A stretch of DNA of 64,000 nucleotides from Octopus vulgaris (taxonomy: Eukaryota): NCBI GenBank assembly GCA_951406725.2, contig OX597830.1:16554001-16618000 (forward strand), written 5' to 3'. The position numbers and the translations under genes are program-made. The notes under the pieces were generated by a model that did not search any database, was not told the DNA's origin, and saw only the letters and a list, made by a program, of their open reading frames with translations. This document shows, piece by piece, positions 1 to 12,318 of the stretch. Every line of letters starts with the position of its first letter. The stretch's first letter is position 1.

Positions 1-460
1 TAAAAATATGGTTTTATTGTTCTATCTTCTTCAGAATCTCCTATCAGCACACATGTATACATGCATGCGAGCGTGTGTCCGTGTGTCCCTGTATAAAATA
101 TAAACAATTTGACTCAGCTACATATGACAAAGTCAAACTAGTTGTGAAATATATGCGGATCCCACCAAAAATGTAGAGTGCCTTTTTCTATTGTTTGCCC
201 ACTCACACATGTGGACAAGTGATTTTGTTGTTCTCGCAATCCACAGATCATGGGTTTGGTTCCTGGACAAAGTAGTGCTTTGTGTTCTTGGATAAAACAT
301 TTCAATCACTTCAGCATATGACTTATAATACATTGTGCACTCGCACAGGTAATGTTGATTTGAGTTTGATTTGATAGAAAGAGAGAGCTTATGCGCAGCA
401 AGAAATTGTAGAACTGCCAGACTCGAGAGACTGCTATTATTAAAAGTGGGGTCGGGGGCA

Positions 461-645
461 AACTGGCAGGGTCATTACCACACCATTCTTGCTAAATAGT
501 CTGAGTTTTAAATGCTGCTGTGGTTAACTTTGCCTTTCAGGGTTGAAAAAATAATTATCAGCTGGGCAGCAGGGTCAATGTAATCAACCGATCCATCTCC
601 CTAAACTTGCTGGACTCATGCCAAAATTTGAAGCCATTATTATTC
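461..645 (+). mobile_element. SINE family B2, old copy
   Basis: Degenerate ctgagtt..aaat, aactttgcctttca, gggtcaatgtaatcaac, gccaaaatttgaa and (ATT)n tail. Confidence 0.6.
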
Positions 646-1079
646 CATATAGCATATTTCATATGCTGGTCCTGTGCCAAATTTAATAAATCATTATTAT
701 TTTATATAGCTTCAGCAGAATTTGAACTCAGAACATAAAGATGGACAAAATGCCACTAAGCACCATGTCCAGCATGCTAATGATCCTGCCAGCTCACCTC
801 ATTATCATTATTATCATTGTTCAACATTTGATAGTTTCAGGCAAATTTGTACTGCATCACCTGCTACACTTCTGTGTTGCTGGGATTTGTGCAGCACTGT
901 GTGTTCTTTTTTCTTGTTTGGAGTGTGCAAACTCTTCCTGTTATAGTATTGTGTCAGTTTTTTTTGTTTTTTTTTATGAGGTACAGCACAATCTTTTGTT
1001 GTATTAGTATTTGTATTGTGTTGTGTGTGTACTGCATTGGGTACCCAGCCTGCTGGTGGTAGTTTTATTTCATCAGTAG

Positions 1080-1532
1080 AATTTGAACTCAGAACGTAGC
1101 AACAGGCGAAATACCTATTTTCTTTACTACCCACAAGGGGCTAAACACAAAGAGGGCAAAAATGGACAGACAAACGGATTAAGTCGATTATATCGACCCA
1201 GTGCGTAACTGGTACTTATTTAATCAACTCCGAAAGGATGAAAGGCAAAGTCGACCTCGGTGTAATTTGAACTCAGAACGTAGCAACAGGCGAAATACCT
1301 ATTTTCTTTACTACCCACAAGGGGCTAAACACAAAGAGGGCAAAAATGGACAGACAAACGGATTAAGTCGATTATATCGACCCAGTGCGTAACTGGTACT
1401 TATTTAATCAACTCCGAAAGGATGAAAGGCAAAGTCGACCTCGGTGTAATTTGAACTCAGAACGTAGCAACAGGCGAAATACCAGTAAGCATTTCATCCA
1501 GTGCACTAACGATTCTGCCAGCTTGCAGCCGT
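1080..1532 (-). mobile_element. SINE family B1 with internal 184-bp tandem duplication
   Basis: atttgaactcagaacgtagcaacaggcgaaatacc recurs at 1081, 1265 and 1449. The body matches the other B1 copies. Confidence 0.9.
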
Positions 1533-2086
1533 AATAATAATAATAGTAATAACAACAACAACAACAACAATAATAATGTGATGGACTCCTCCATCAAAAA
1601 CAACATATGAATGTTCAGTTTTTGCTAAACAACCTGTGCAAATGATTTGTTTACAATGATCAAATGTATCTGATGTACATTAGCTTACTCCCTCCATAAA
1701 ATTGACATTACCTGAACAGGTGCACAGTGAAGATAGATTACATAACAAAAAAATAATTAAAATAAAACAAGTTTGAATATTTTAGCTGAATACCAAGTAT
1801 TCATAACCATTAAGGATCATAAAGAAAAATTTGCATCTAACCAGGTTAATTATGCCACTTAATTCCAAGATAGGATTGGTTAGTAAACAGATTCAGAACT
1901 AAACAATAGCCATTAAGAAGGCCACCAACTTATATCAGAGGAATATCAGTTATGACATTATTTGCTGTTTTCTTTTTTTTTCTTTTTGTTCTACCCTTGC
2001 CAACATGGAGCATGGACTAATGTCCACGATATCTAAAATTCCTTTATGCAGCACCCTAGATTTTGCCAAGGGGTATAATGCAATCA

Positions 2087-2311
2087 GAAAGGCAGCAAGC
2101 TGGTAGAATCGTTAGCGCGCCGGGCGAAATGCTTTGCAGTATTTAGTCTGCCGCTACGTTCTGAGTTCAAATTCCGCCGAGGTCGACTTTGCTTTTCATC
2201 CTTTCGGGGTCGATTAAATAAGTACCAGTTACGCACTGGGGTCGATATAATCGACTCAATCCGTTTGTCTGTCCTCTCTGTGTTTAGCCCCTTGTGGGTA
2301 GAAAAGAAATA
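2087..2311 (+). mobile_element. tRNA-derived SINE family B1, full length, 15-bp TSD
   Basis: Head ggcagcaagctggtagaatcgttagc, B-box-like gagttcaaattcc. TSD ggtataatgcaatca at 2072-2086 and 2312-2326. Confidence 0.9.
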
Positions 2312-2323
2312 GGTATAATGCAA

Positions 2324-2556
2324 TCATCATCATCATCATCATCAACATTTAATGTCTGTTTTCCATGCTGGCATGGTTTGGACAGGAACTGGCATGGTTT
2401 GGACAAGAACTGGCATGGTTTGGACAGGAACTGGCAAGGCCAGGATTTGCACCAGGCTCCATAATCTGTTTTGGTTTGGTTTCTACAACTGGATGCCCAT
2501 CCAAATGCCAACCACTTTTTTGGGTGTATTAGGTGCTTTTTATGTGGCACCAGCAC
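2324..2556 (-). mobile_element. RTE-like LINE 3' end (family C) with 21-bp triplication
   Basis: (CAT)n tail, ttccatgctggcatgg, ctggatgccc. ctggcatggtttggacaRgaa occurs three times at 2368-2430. Confidence 0.85.
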
Positions 2557-2863
2557 CCAGACCAATACTTCTTACAAGGTACCTCATAGTAATATAAAAA
2601 TAATAATGCATGGTAGAAAAAGGCTGGACTTCATTCTAGTCAAAACTTCTGGGCCCAACATGTTCATTCGATATAAGTAAGCAATCATATGACTAAAAAA
2701 AAAGAAATATCACTAATATCACATGGTCTTCACCCAACGTAAAATAAAATTTACCAAGAGACTTCCAAGCTCTAATAGAAAATACTTCTCTCCTAATAAG
2801 CTACAGAAAATTTTCAAACAGACATGGTGCAAAAATAAGCTACAGTTACAATATGAACATGTA

Positions 2864-3042
2864 GGCGTAGGAGTGGCTGTGTGGTAAGTAGCTTGCTAAC
2901 CAACCACATGGTTCCGGGTTCAGTCCCACTGTGTGGCATCTTGGGCAAGTGTCTTCTGCTATAGCCCCGGGCCGACCAATACCTTGTGAGTGGATTTGGT
3001 AGACGGAAACTGAAAGAAGCCTGTCGTATATATGTATATATG

Positions 3043-3090
<48 letters not shown>

Positions 3091-3303
3091 TGTATGTGTG
3101 TGTGTTTGTCCTCCTAGCATTGCTTGACAACCGATGCTGGTGTGTTTACGTCCCCGTCACTTAGCGGTTCGGCAAAAGAGACCGATAGAATAAGTACTGG
3201 GCTTACAAAGCATGAGTCCCAGGGTCGATTTGATCGACTAAAGGCGGTGCTCCAGCATGGCCGCAGTCAAATGACTGAAACAAGTAAAAGAGATAAAAGA
3301 GAA
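2864..3303 (+). mobile_element. tRNA-derived SINE family A (CORE-like, internal TA/TG microsatellite)
   Basis: A-box-like tggctgtgtgg, B-box-like ggttcagtccc, CORE-like cttgggcaagt, 3' end tgactgaaacaagtaaaagag. More than 12 similar copies in the window. Confidence 0.9.
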
Positions 3304-4065
3304 GAGATGTAAAATATGTCACATAGAGAGACACAAGTTAATATTCATGCAAAAACTTAAAATAAATGCCTGATGAACAAACCATGCAAGGCGGAGGCAA
3401 TAATTTATGAAGCAAAGATCATTTCTTTAGAACCCAACCTCCAAGTGATATGTCAAACAGAAAAGCAGCTTAAGCAAAGACCATTATAATCATTCCTTGG
3501 GGAACCTCTGGACTTGGTTAAAAGCAAATCATTAAGAGGTGGGTGGCACATCAATAGAAATTTTAGATTATTGTCCCTTAACTGTCGCTGATGTTAATTT
3601 TGGAGAAACTGCAAAAGTTGTTTTACTTTCTTTTAACACCTTCTCTAGGTACGAAGATACAAATCTCTTCCTTTAGGGTATATCAGATATAAAGAACTGC
3701 AACACATTTGGCCAACTACATATATAGAAGTTGGAAGAAATATCTTTAGGCTGGAGTATCAAGTGGAAGATCATATAGAGACAAACCCTATGGAAATATG
3801 AATGGTGATCAGCAGAAAATAAAGGAAAATACTAAAAAAAAAAAAAAACAAGAAAAGAACAGAAAGAAAATCATAACTAAGACTTCTGGTTAAATACCTA
3901 ATCAAAAATATTTCAGAAATACAGACACTTCAAAAAAGACTTATGCAACTGGAACACCACATTCACCTGACGAAACACAAATGCATGGACATCTGATATT
4001 GCTTCACTTCAGAATGTCATTATTTACTTAATGTATGGTATGTGTATATATATGTATGTGTGTGT

Positions 4066-4315
4066 TGGCACGTAAAAAGCACCATCTGTCCGTGGCCGTT
4101 TTGCCAGCCCCGTCTGGCACCTGTGCAGGTGGCACGTAAAAAGCACCCACTACACTCACGGAGTGGTTGGCGTTAGGAAGGGCATCCAGCCGTAGAAACT
4201 CTGCCAGATCAGACTGGGCCTGATGCAGCCTTCTGGCTTCCCAGACCCCAGTTGAACCGTCCAACCCATGCTAGCATGGAAAGCGGACGCTAAATGATGA
4301 TGATGATGATGATGA

Positions 4316-4318
<3 letters not shown>
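4066..4318 (+). mobile_element. RTE-like LINE 3' end (family C)
   Basis: ggcacgtaaaaagcacc units, gttggcgttaggaagggcatccagc and (GAT)n tail, followed by (TA)n to about 4367. Confidence 0.9.
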
Positions 4319-4374
<56 letters not shown>

Positions 4375-4422
4375 CAGAGAGTCATCTATGTATTATAGCT
4401 AATGTGTATAGACTGTTTGATG

Positions 4423-4776
4423 GGCCAGTTACTACAGTATTTGTTCAGAGATAACATTTCTTATGCACTTGCTATGTTAAAAACACAATAAATATCAGAG
4501 AGAGGGATGAAAATTCATTCTTGTTGTGGCCGGTAAGAGCACCAGATGTATTTCAACCTTTTTGGGCATTTTCAGTAGCATGCATACTCACAACAAGTCA
4601 CCAAGTTTGACTGATAAATCATCGTCTCTAATGTAAGAAAAAGTAAATAAAACACTCCCTGATGTTGCAGATTAAAAATCCTGTATACACAAATGAGGCA
4701 GTATTTATTGTGTTTGTAACAAAGCAAGTCTATAGGAGATGGTATGTGAGAATAAATACTGCCGGGTAAACTGGCC
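4423..4776. mobile_element. Old element with long imperfect terminal inverted repeats (MITE/foldback-like)
   Basis: 4423-4494 (ggccagtt...acttgctatgttaaaaacacaataaata) is an imperfect reverse complement of about 4703-4776. Confidence 0.6.
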
Positions 4777-5055
4777 TATCAATAGTAGGCCAGTTACTGC
4801 AGCTAAAATAAAGCATATTGTTATACTTGGGGATGGTCATTTTGCCAATTAAACACACACACACACTATATCTTTAGTTCAGCTTTATCACTGTTATATT
4901 TGTTTCTTTGCCCAAGCTCTTCCATCACTTTCTTTTGTCCAGAAATACAAATGGACAAAGCAGAGCAAGAGGATACATGGGATAAAGAATCACTGAAGAG
5001 GTCACAGGATGTGTGACAAAAGAGATTTGACAAAGAAACAATAATAATAATAATA

Positions 5056-5590
5056 GTGGTTCTCATGACTTCTGATCTTAACTGATTGGAAGTGTTATCA
5101 TGTACATTGTTTTTGTATAAAAGATGGGCTACAGCAAATATTCTGCTCAATACCACAGATTTGCTTGTCAGTTGTTTGACCTTAACCAGTAGAGCATGTC
5201 CCTTGGTTGCTGATGATATGTGCATCTCTGACCACGAGCAGAAGTAGTGGCGGGGGGGGGGCATCATAGCCATGTGTTGAGAGGGATTCTTTGGGGTTTG
5301 GATAATTCACCTTTGGAAACATGGGTGTTTCATTCTACCTTCTTAAACAATCCTTATTCAGGGACCTTTTGAGTGAGATGAGTTACTCGACCTGAAGAAA
5401 ATTCTAACTGGGCCCCACCTGCAAGGTCATGTGCTGTTTATCTTGATATGAGATCACCATGTTGTGCACATATGGTTGTGATGCATGTGCCTGGTGTACC
5501 CTTATCAGATGGGTATACTGGGCTTCGTATATTTTACCCCAGTGTCACTTTGATGGCATGCACTACTCTCTCACTCAATAATAATAATAA
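5056..5590 (+). mobile_element. Interspersed repeat family F (about 530 bp, (AAT)n tail), unclassified retroelement 3' region
   Basis: Colinear second copy at 30566-31330; both end ctcaataataataa. Confidence 0.75.
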
Positions 5591-5854
5591 AGTTGAAGTA
5601 AAGATATAGTGCATATGTTTAATTGGTAAAATATGACCATCCCTACATGTACAGTAGTTTGAATATATGTCACATGGTAATAACGTGAACTTTTCAAGCA
5701 CACAGCCAGGCCTACATGAGTGGGAAAATGTATGTATAATGTAATTCACATTATGTGACAAATAATCGTGTTTTGTTACTACATATATATAAGATGGTAT
5801 AACTATCTTATAAACAATCTGTCACATTTTGTTTTATCTCACACACATATATAT

Positions 5855-6714
5855 GGCCATGCTGGGGCACCACCTTGAAGAGTTTTAGTCTCACAGATTG
5901 ACCCCATAACTTGTGTTTTTAAGCCTAGTACTTATTCTATTGATCTCTTTTACTGAACTGCTAAGTTAAACAGATGTAAACACACCAACATTGGTTGTGA
6001 AGCAGTAGCGGAGGACAAACACAGACACAAAGACACATATGTAATTATATATGTAAGGCCAGTTGACTGCTGTTTCTAGCCAGGTAGTTGTCCAGCACTG
6101 AGGAAGAGAAATAACCCAGGAACCATTGGTCTGCTGGTACTGCCAACAGCTAGAAGGGAGCAGTGAGCTTCCCTGCTTACAGTGCGTCTCAGACACATAC
6201 CATGTGTCAATAAACCAGCTGGAAAAGACTGTTTTCCTGGGGATTAAAAAGTAGTAACATAGTCGCAGACAGGACTGCCACAATATGTTAGCAAATGCTA
6301 GCGCTGCCTTGACTGGCTTCTGTGCCGGTGGCACATAAAAAGCTCAACCGATCGTGGCCGCTGCCAGCCTCTCCTGGCACGTAAAAAGCACCCACTACAC
6401 TCACGGAGTGGTTGGCGTTAGAAAGGGCATCCAGCAGTAGAAACACTGCCAGATCAGACTGGAGCCTGGTGCAGCCTTCTGACTTCCCAGACCCCGGTCG
6501 AACCGTCCAACCCGTGCTAGCACGGAAAATGGACGTTAAACGATGATGGGAGAGAGAGAGAGGGGGGAGTGGCTTCTTTAAGTTTCCGTCTACTAAATCC
6601 ACTGACTAAGCTTTGGTTGACCCAAGGCCATAGCAGAAGATACCCAAGGAGCTACAGTGAGACTGAGCCCAGAGCCATGTGGTTTGGAAGCAAGCTTCTT
6701 ACCACACATTCGTG
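5855..6714. mobile_element. Cluster: family A fragments (minus, 5855-6040 and 6570-6714) around a family C 3' end (plus, 6300-6548)
   Basis: Direct similarity to the families defined above. Confidence 0.75.
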
Positions 6715-8513
6715 CCTGTCATATTTTGTTTTATTTTACACACACATACACACACACACACACACACTTGCATGCAAATACACATATATATACACATTGA
6801 AATGCATACACATATGCAAGTGCAGCATGGTCCAAGTGTAAAGAAATTCTTTTCAAATGATAATGTCCTGGGTTTGAACCCAGCCGGTGGCATCTTGGGA
6901 GATTGTCATTTTTCTACCCTCATGAACCAACACATACCTTCTGAGTGAAATTAGGCACACAGAAACTGGACTGCCAGTCAGATTTGCATCTTTAATTCAA
7001 AAGGTATAACATTGCCACACACACATTACATCGTACGGATCCTGTCTGAGAATTATATTAATGCTTTAGCATTTAAATTCGTCATATCCAGCCTCTCACA
7101 CCTACCCTACAATGTCATTATAAAAATAAACAATCACATCATCATAATCTTGAAGCTAAAAGATAATGCATGATTAATTCAAAACAATGTGAATAAACAA
7201 GCATTACATTTGACAGAGTAATCTGGATGCTAAAAGGTTGAAGGAGCAGATGTCTGAGAATTCTCAGCCACTTAAGTTATTAATTCAGATGACCAAACAA
7301 CTGAATCTTTATTGATCAAACAGAGGTCCACTACATATGCATGTGCATGTACGCTTGAGACGACAAGTTGATTTAATATATCAACTCTTGCTATGTTTAA
7401 CATACAGATGCACAAATGGTTACGAAGCTTGCTTTACAAATCACAAAGTCCTGAGTTTTAAATTCCTACAGCATGGCTGAAGTACCAACAAATGAAACTG
7501 AACACATTTTCTCGTGTAACATCATACTACAACTCCTGCCCCATCAAACACCTCAAAACAGAAAACTATGTTGTCACTCCACACACACACACACAAACAA
7601 ACATACACACACACACACACAATCTAGTCGATCAATATTCCTTACTCACTTATATGTTTCTTCCCTATTTAGTAAAATGCTAATAATAGTCATGAATATT
7701 CTTAATGTATGTGTATGTGTGTGTGTGTGAGTGTGTGTAAGTGGAAGGTCAATCCCTTGTTGTAACATCATATAGATTTAGCAACCAAATAATTCCTACT
7801 ACTTTTAAACGGATGATACAGGAAATGTTTAAGGAATGGTTCTCATCAAAAATATTTGAAAATAATTGGCAAAGGCAGCTACAAATATTAGAATAGAGAA
7901 AGAAACTGCAATGCTGAAAATACTAGCCAATGGTCAAGATGCTGGAATCTGGGATTCAACCATCATGTGACCTGTTTTAATCAACTGTTGAAAAAAAAAA
8001 ATCACTAATATTCTCTATGACACAATGGTGCACATGCCACAAAGACCAGGAGTTACAGAAGGATTAGTAAACACATTTATCCTATAATGGTCACATCAAA
8101 ATCAAGTTAGAAATCAAATTACATAACATAACCAAGAGTTAACAATTTATGAGAGATACTTGATGTGGCGCAATGAATAAATCTGTTTTTAAACATTGTT
8201 CTTTGCATATGGTCAACATAAGATCAACAACAACAACAAAAAATATCAGATTAAGAGATTTGCAATTTACAGAACATAAATAAATTATTGTTATATGCTC
8301 TCTGTTGGTAATGTCATGATTTATGTTCCTCAAAACCGCCTCCACAGTTAGTGTTTCTTTTTTTTTCTCCCACCTCAATAAAAATAATATCACATCAACC
8401 GCATATGCTCTAATCCACTGCTTTTATCACCTCAAGAATCTATTTCATTCTATTTGAATGTATTGCCTCATTCCCGGTTATTCTAGCAATGATGTGCATA
8501 AGGAATCAATGTT

Positions 8514-8830
8514 ATCATCATCATCATCATCACTGTTTAACGACTGTTTTCCATGATGGCATGGGTTGGACGGTTTGAAAGGAGCTGGTCAGCCAGGGAG
8601 CTGTCCAGACCCCATTTGTCTGTTGTGGGATGATTTCTACAGCCAGGTGCCCTTCCTAACACCAACCACTTTATAGAGTGTGCTGGATACCTTTAAAGTG
8701 CCACATGGGTGTGTTTACGCAGCACAAGCATGAGTGGCTTTTACATGGTTCCAGCATCTGTAAAGAACAGACCTGTATATATGGATGACTGCGAGTTTAC
8801 TTAGCTTGATGTGTCTTCTCAAATACAGCA
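8514..8830 (-). mobile_element. RTE-like LINE 3' end (family C, diverged)
   Basis: (CAT)n, ggcatgggttggacggtttga, gcccttcctaacaccaaccac. Confidence 0.8.
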
Positions 8831-9163
8831 AAATCACCACAATTCCCATCACTCCGTTCCTTCTTTATCATCACTTTTGTCAAGTAAGACATGAAAACTC
8901 TCACGCTTTATCCAAAGATAAACAGGACCAGATATGAGATTTGAGCTTGTGACTCAGACAACAGGCTAAAATTCTGATCCATCAGGCCACTACAACTACT
9001 CAGATAATGAAATATCTTTAAACAGTTGTAATTGCTCGTTCAAATCCTACCAACTCAATAAACAATTTTCATAACAATTGTTTCCCACGACAGGAATTTA
9101 ATAACCAATCCCTTGTTTTCTACTGCATGTACAACTTTAAAAGGTCTATTATTAAACACAGAG

Positions 9164-9169
9164 TATATT

Positions 9170-9223
<54 letters not shown>

Positions 9224-9236
9224 CATACACACACAC

Positions 9237-9291
<55 letters not shown>

Positions 9292-9373
9292 CACACACAC
9301 AGATGCACATATATATATATAGATTATATATATCTATATATATATATATATATATAATATGATATATATATAT
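9164..9373. repeat. Compound (TA)n/(CA)n microsatellite
   Basis: Directly visible. Confidence 0.95.
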
Positions 9374-9493
9374 AAAAAGATAGAGATACATTGTTGATGT
9401 AGGCCAGATCCGATTCAGGAAAATCTATGATCAATGACAATCTTATTATTATCATTACTACTACTACTGCTGCTGCTACTGATACTACTACTA

Positions 9494-10200
9494 AGGTGGT
9501 GAGCTGGCAGAACCGTTAGCACGCCGGGCAAAATGCATAGCAGCATTTCGTCCATCTTTACATTCTGAGTTCAAATTCTGCTGAGGTTAACTTTGCCTTT
9601 CATCCTTTGAGGGCCGACGAAAAAAGTACTAGTTGAGCACTGGGGTCGATGCAATCGACTAGTCCTCTCCCTCAAAAATTTCAGGCCTTGAGCCTCTCAT
9701 AAAAAGAATGATTATTATTATTATTATTATTATTATTAAGGCAGCTATGAGGCATAATCATTAGCATGACAGGTAAAATGCTTAGTGGCATTTCATCTGT
9801 CTTTACATTGAGTTCAAATTCCACTGAGGTCAACTTCGCCTTTCATCCTTTTGGGGTGGATAAAATAAGTACCAGTTGAGCACTGGGGTGAACGCAATCA
9901 ACTTACCCCCTACCCCTAAATTGCTGGCCATGTGCCAATATTTGAAACTCATATTAAAAGGTCATGGGCCGACAGGATCATTAGCACACTGAGTGAAATA
10001 CTTAACAGCATTCCGTTTGTCCTTACGTTCTGAGTTCAAATTCCACTGTGGTCAACTTTGCCTTACATTCTTTTGGGGTCAATAAAATAAGTACCAGTCG
10101 AGCACTGAGGTTGATGTAATCAACAAACCCCACCACCACCAAACAACAACAACAAAATTTCAAGCCCTGTGCCTATGACAGAAAGGATTATTATTATCAT
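9494..10200 (+). mobile_element. Three head-to-tail B2 SINEs separated by (ATT)n
   Basis: Units start near 9494, 9739 and 9960, each with gagttcaaattc, aactttgcctt and aagtaccag. Confidence 0.85.
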
Positions 10201-10551
10201 TGTTAATATTAAGACCAGTTCTACCATCAGCTGATGGAAACCGGTCATTGGCAACCAGGTAATCCATTTCTTCCTGCTCATGAGTGGTTGGTGACAATAG
10301 CGCCCCCACCACTTCTCGTTAACTTACCCAGTGAAGAATGTGTGTGCGACTATCGGGATTGAAAAACAAAACCAGTCAAAAGCAGGTAACTTTCTTGAGA
10401 ACCAACAATCATACATATCCTGAAAAGGAGACGGGCACTTCTTGGATTACCAATCCCTATGACATGCTTTAATTGTATTCCTGACAGCTAAGGACTGCAT
10501 AAGGGCCGAGACTGAGAACACAGAAAATAGGTAAAATAAAATAATTCAGTA

Positions 10552-10972
10552 GGAGGTGCAGGAGTGGCTGTGTGGTAAGTAGCTTGCTTACCAACCACAT
10601 GGTTCCGGGTTCAGCCCCACTGCCTGGCACTTTGGGCAAGTGTCTTCTGCTATAGCCCCAGGCCGATCAATGCCTTGTGAGTGGATTTGGTAGACGGAAA
10701 ACTGAAAGAAGCCTTTCGTATATATGTATATATATATAAGTGTGTATGTATATGTTTGTGTGTCTGTGTTTGTCCCCCTAGCATTGCTTGACAACCGATG
10801 CTGGTGTGTTTACGTCCCCGTCACTTAGCGGTTCAGCAAAAGAGGCCGATAGAATAAGTACTAGGCTTACAAAGAATAAGTCCCGGGGTCGATTTGCTCG
10901 ACTAAAGGCGGTGCTCCAGCATGGCCGCAGTCAAATGACTGAAACAAGTAAAAGAGTAAAAAAGTAAAGAGT
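10552..10972 (+). mobile_element. SINE family A
   Basis: Near-identical to 2864-3303. Confidence 0.9.
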
Positions 10973-11238
10973 AATATTAAATCAATACATCTCATTCACA
11001 CAAACAGATATGTGTAGTGGATCCCCAACATCAAACAATGAGTTCAATCAACTGAATTAACCTGTAAGTGGCTGAGCATTCCTCGGCTATGTGCACCTCC
11101 AAAACCATTCTAAGCAGAATCAGCCCAACATATTTGGAAGACAGTGGGGTGTGGTTTTTTGAATGATTTGGTCAAATGGAGCAAGGGGTTTCCTCAATGG
11201 AACATTGGAGTGAAGCCATCATCATCAACATTGTTTAA

Positions 11239-11459
11239 CCCTTTAGCATTTAAACCGGCCATATCCGGCTGAAATGTTCTACTTGTTTTATGTTCAAATT
11301 GGCCAGATCCAGCCTCTCACACAGACCCTATAATGTCATTCTTACAAATAAACAATTGTATCATCGAAATCTTGAAGCTACATGAAAATGCATGTTTAAT
11401 TCAAAACAATATAAGTTAATAAGCATTACAATTGACAGAATAATCTGAATGCTAAAGGG
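11239..11459. mobile_element. piggyBac-type MITE family D1 (221 bp)
   Basis: TTAA|ccctttagcatt...aatgctaaaggg|TTAA, with TTAA at 11235-11238 and 11460-11463. Confidence 0.9.
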
Positions 11460-11463
11460 TTAA

Positions 11464-12318
11464 CATCTTCTTTCCATGCTGGCATGGGTTGGACAGTTTG
11501 ATAGGAGCTGGCCAGGCAGGAGGCTGCACCATGCATTTGTGTCTGTTTTGGCAGGGTTTTTATGGATGGATCTCCTTCCTAAAACGAACCACTTTGTAGA
11601 GTGGGTTAAGTGCTTTTTACGTGACACTAGCACAAGCGAGGTCAATTTTGGTGTGGCTTTTACAGCTGGATGCCCTTCCAAATGCCAACCACTTTACAGT
11701 GTGGACTGGGTGCTTTTTAAGTGGCACCTGCACTGGCAGGGTCACCAAGAAACTTTGTAGGAAAGAAAATCTTTGAGTGGGGAGAGGGCGTTGGAGGAAG
11801 TGATCTTGTGTTAGATGATGAAAGGCTAGAGCATGACAGAGAATCATTATCATCATCATTTAATGTTTATTGTCCATGCTGGCATGGGTTGAAAAATTTG
11901 ACCAGGATTGGCAAGCTGTAAGGCTGCACCAGACTCCTGTCTGATTTGGCATGGTTTCTACGGTTGGATGCCATTCCTAACACCAACCACTCCGAGAGTG
12001 TAATGGGTGCTTTTATGTGTCACCGGCATGGGTGCCATTTGCATGACACCAGTATCTGTCACAACTGTGATTTTACTAGGCTTGACGGGTCTTCTTTTCA
12101 AGCACAGCATAATGTCAATGGTCTCGGTCATTCATCATGTTGGGCCTCCATGAGGCCCAACACTTGTAAGGTGCTTTTCAGGTGCCACCAGCATCAGCCA
12201 CCTTGCTTCTGTGAGACCCAATGCTTGGAAGGTGCTTCTTACATGCCACCAACACAGGTTGCCAGTTACAGGACACCAGCATAGGCCACGACTATGATTT
12301 CACTTGGATTGACGGGTC
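11464..12318 (-). mobile_element. Two tandem RTE-like LINE 3' ends (family C)
   Basis: ccatgctggcatgggttg at about 11474 and 11874; the second follows a (CAT)n tail. Confidence 0.8.

Noticed and set aside
1080-2436. 184-bp and 21-bp direct repeats as a CRISPR-like array
   Set aside because: No unique spacers, no cas genes, eukaryotic context.
3340-4020. Possible ancient non-LTR retroelement remnant
   Set aside because: Only vague peptide resemblance, with no motif I can defend without a search.
4545-4585. Minus-strand ctgaaaatgcccaaaaaggttgaaa resembling a minimal hammerhead ribozyme core
   Set aside because: The CUGANGA core is mismatched and I could not build stems I and III.
9113-9391. 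YIYI and HTHT-rich ORFs (also at 58-59 kb and 62.7-63.9 kb)
   Set aside because: Dinucleotide microsatellites lack stop codons; these are not coding.
10224-10312. 14-bp palindrome ccatcagctgatgg and partial CTCF-like gcgccccc
   Set aside because: Isolated short matches are expected by chance in 64 kb, and the second half of the CTCF motif does not match.
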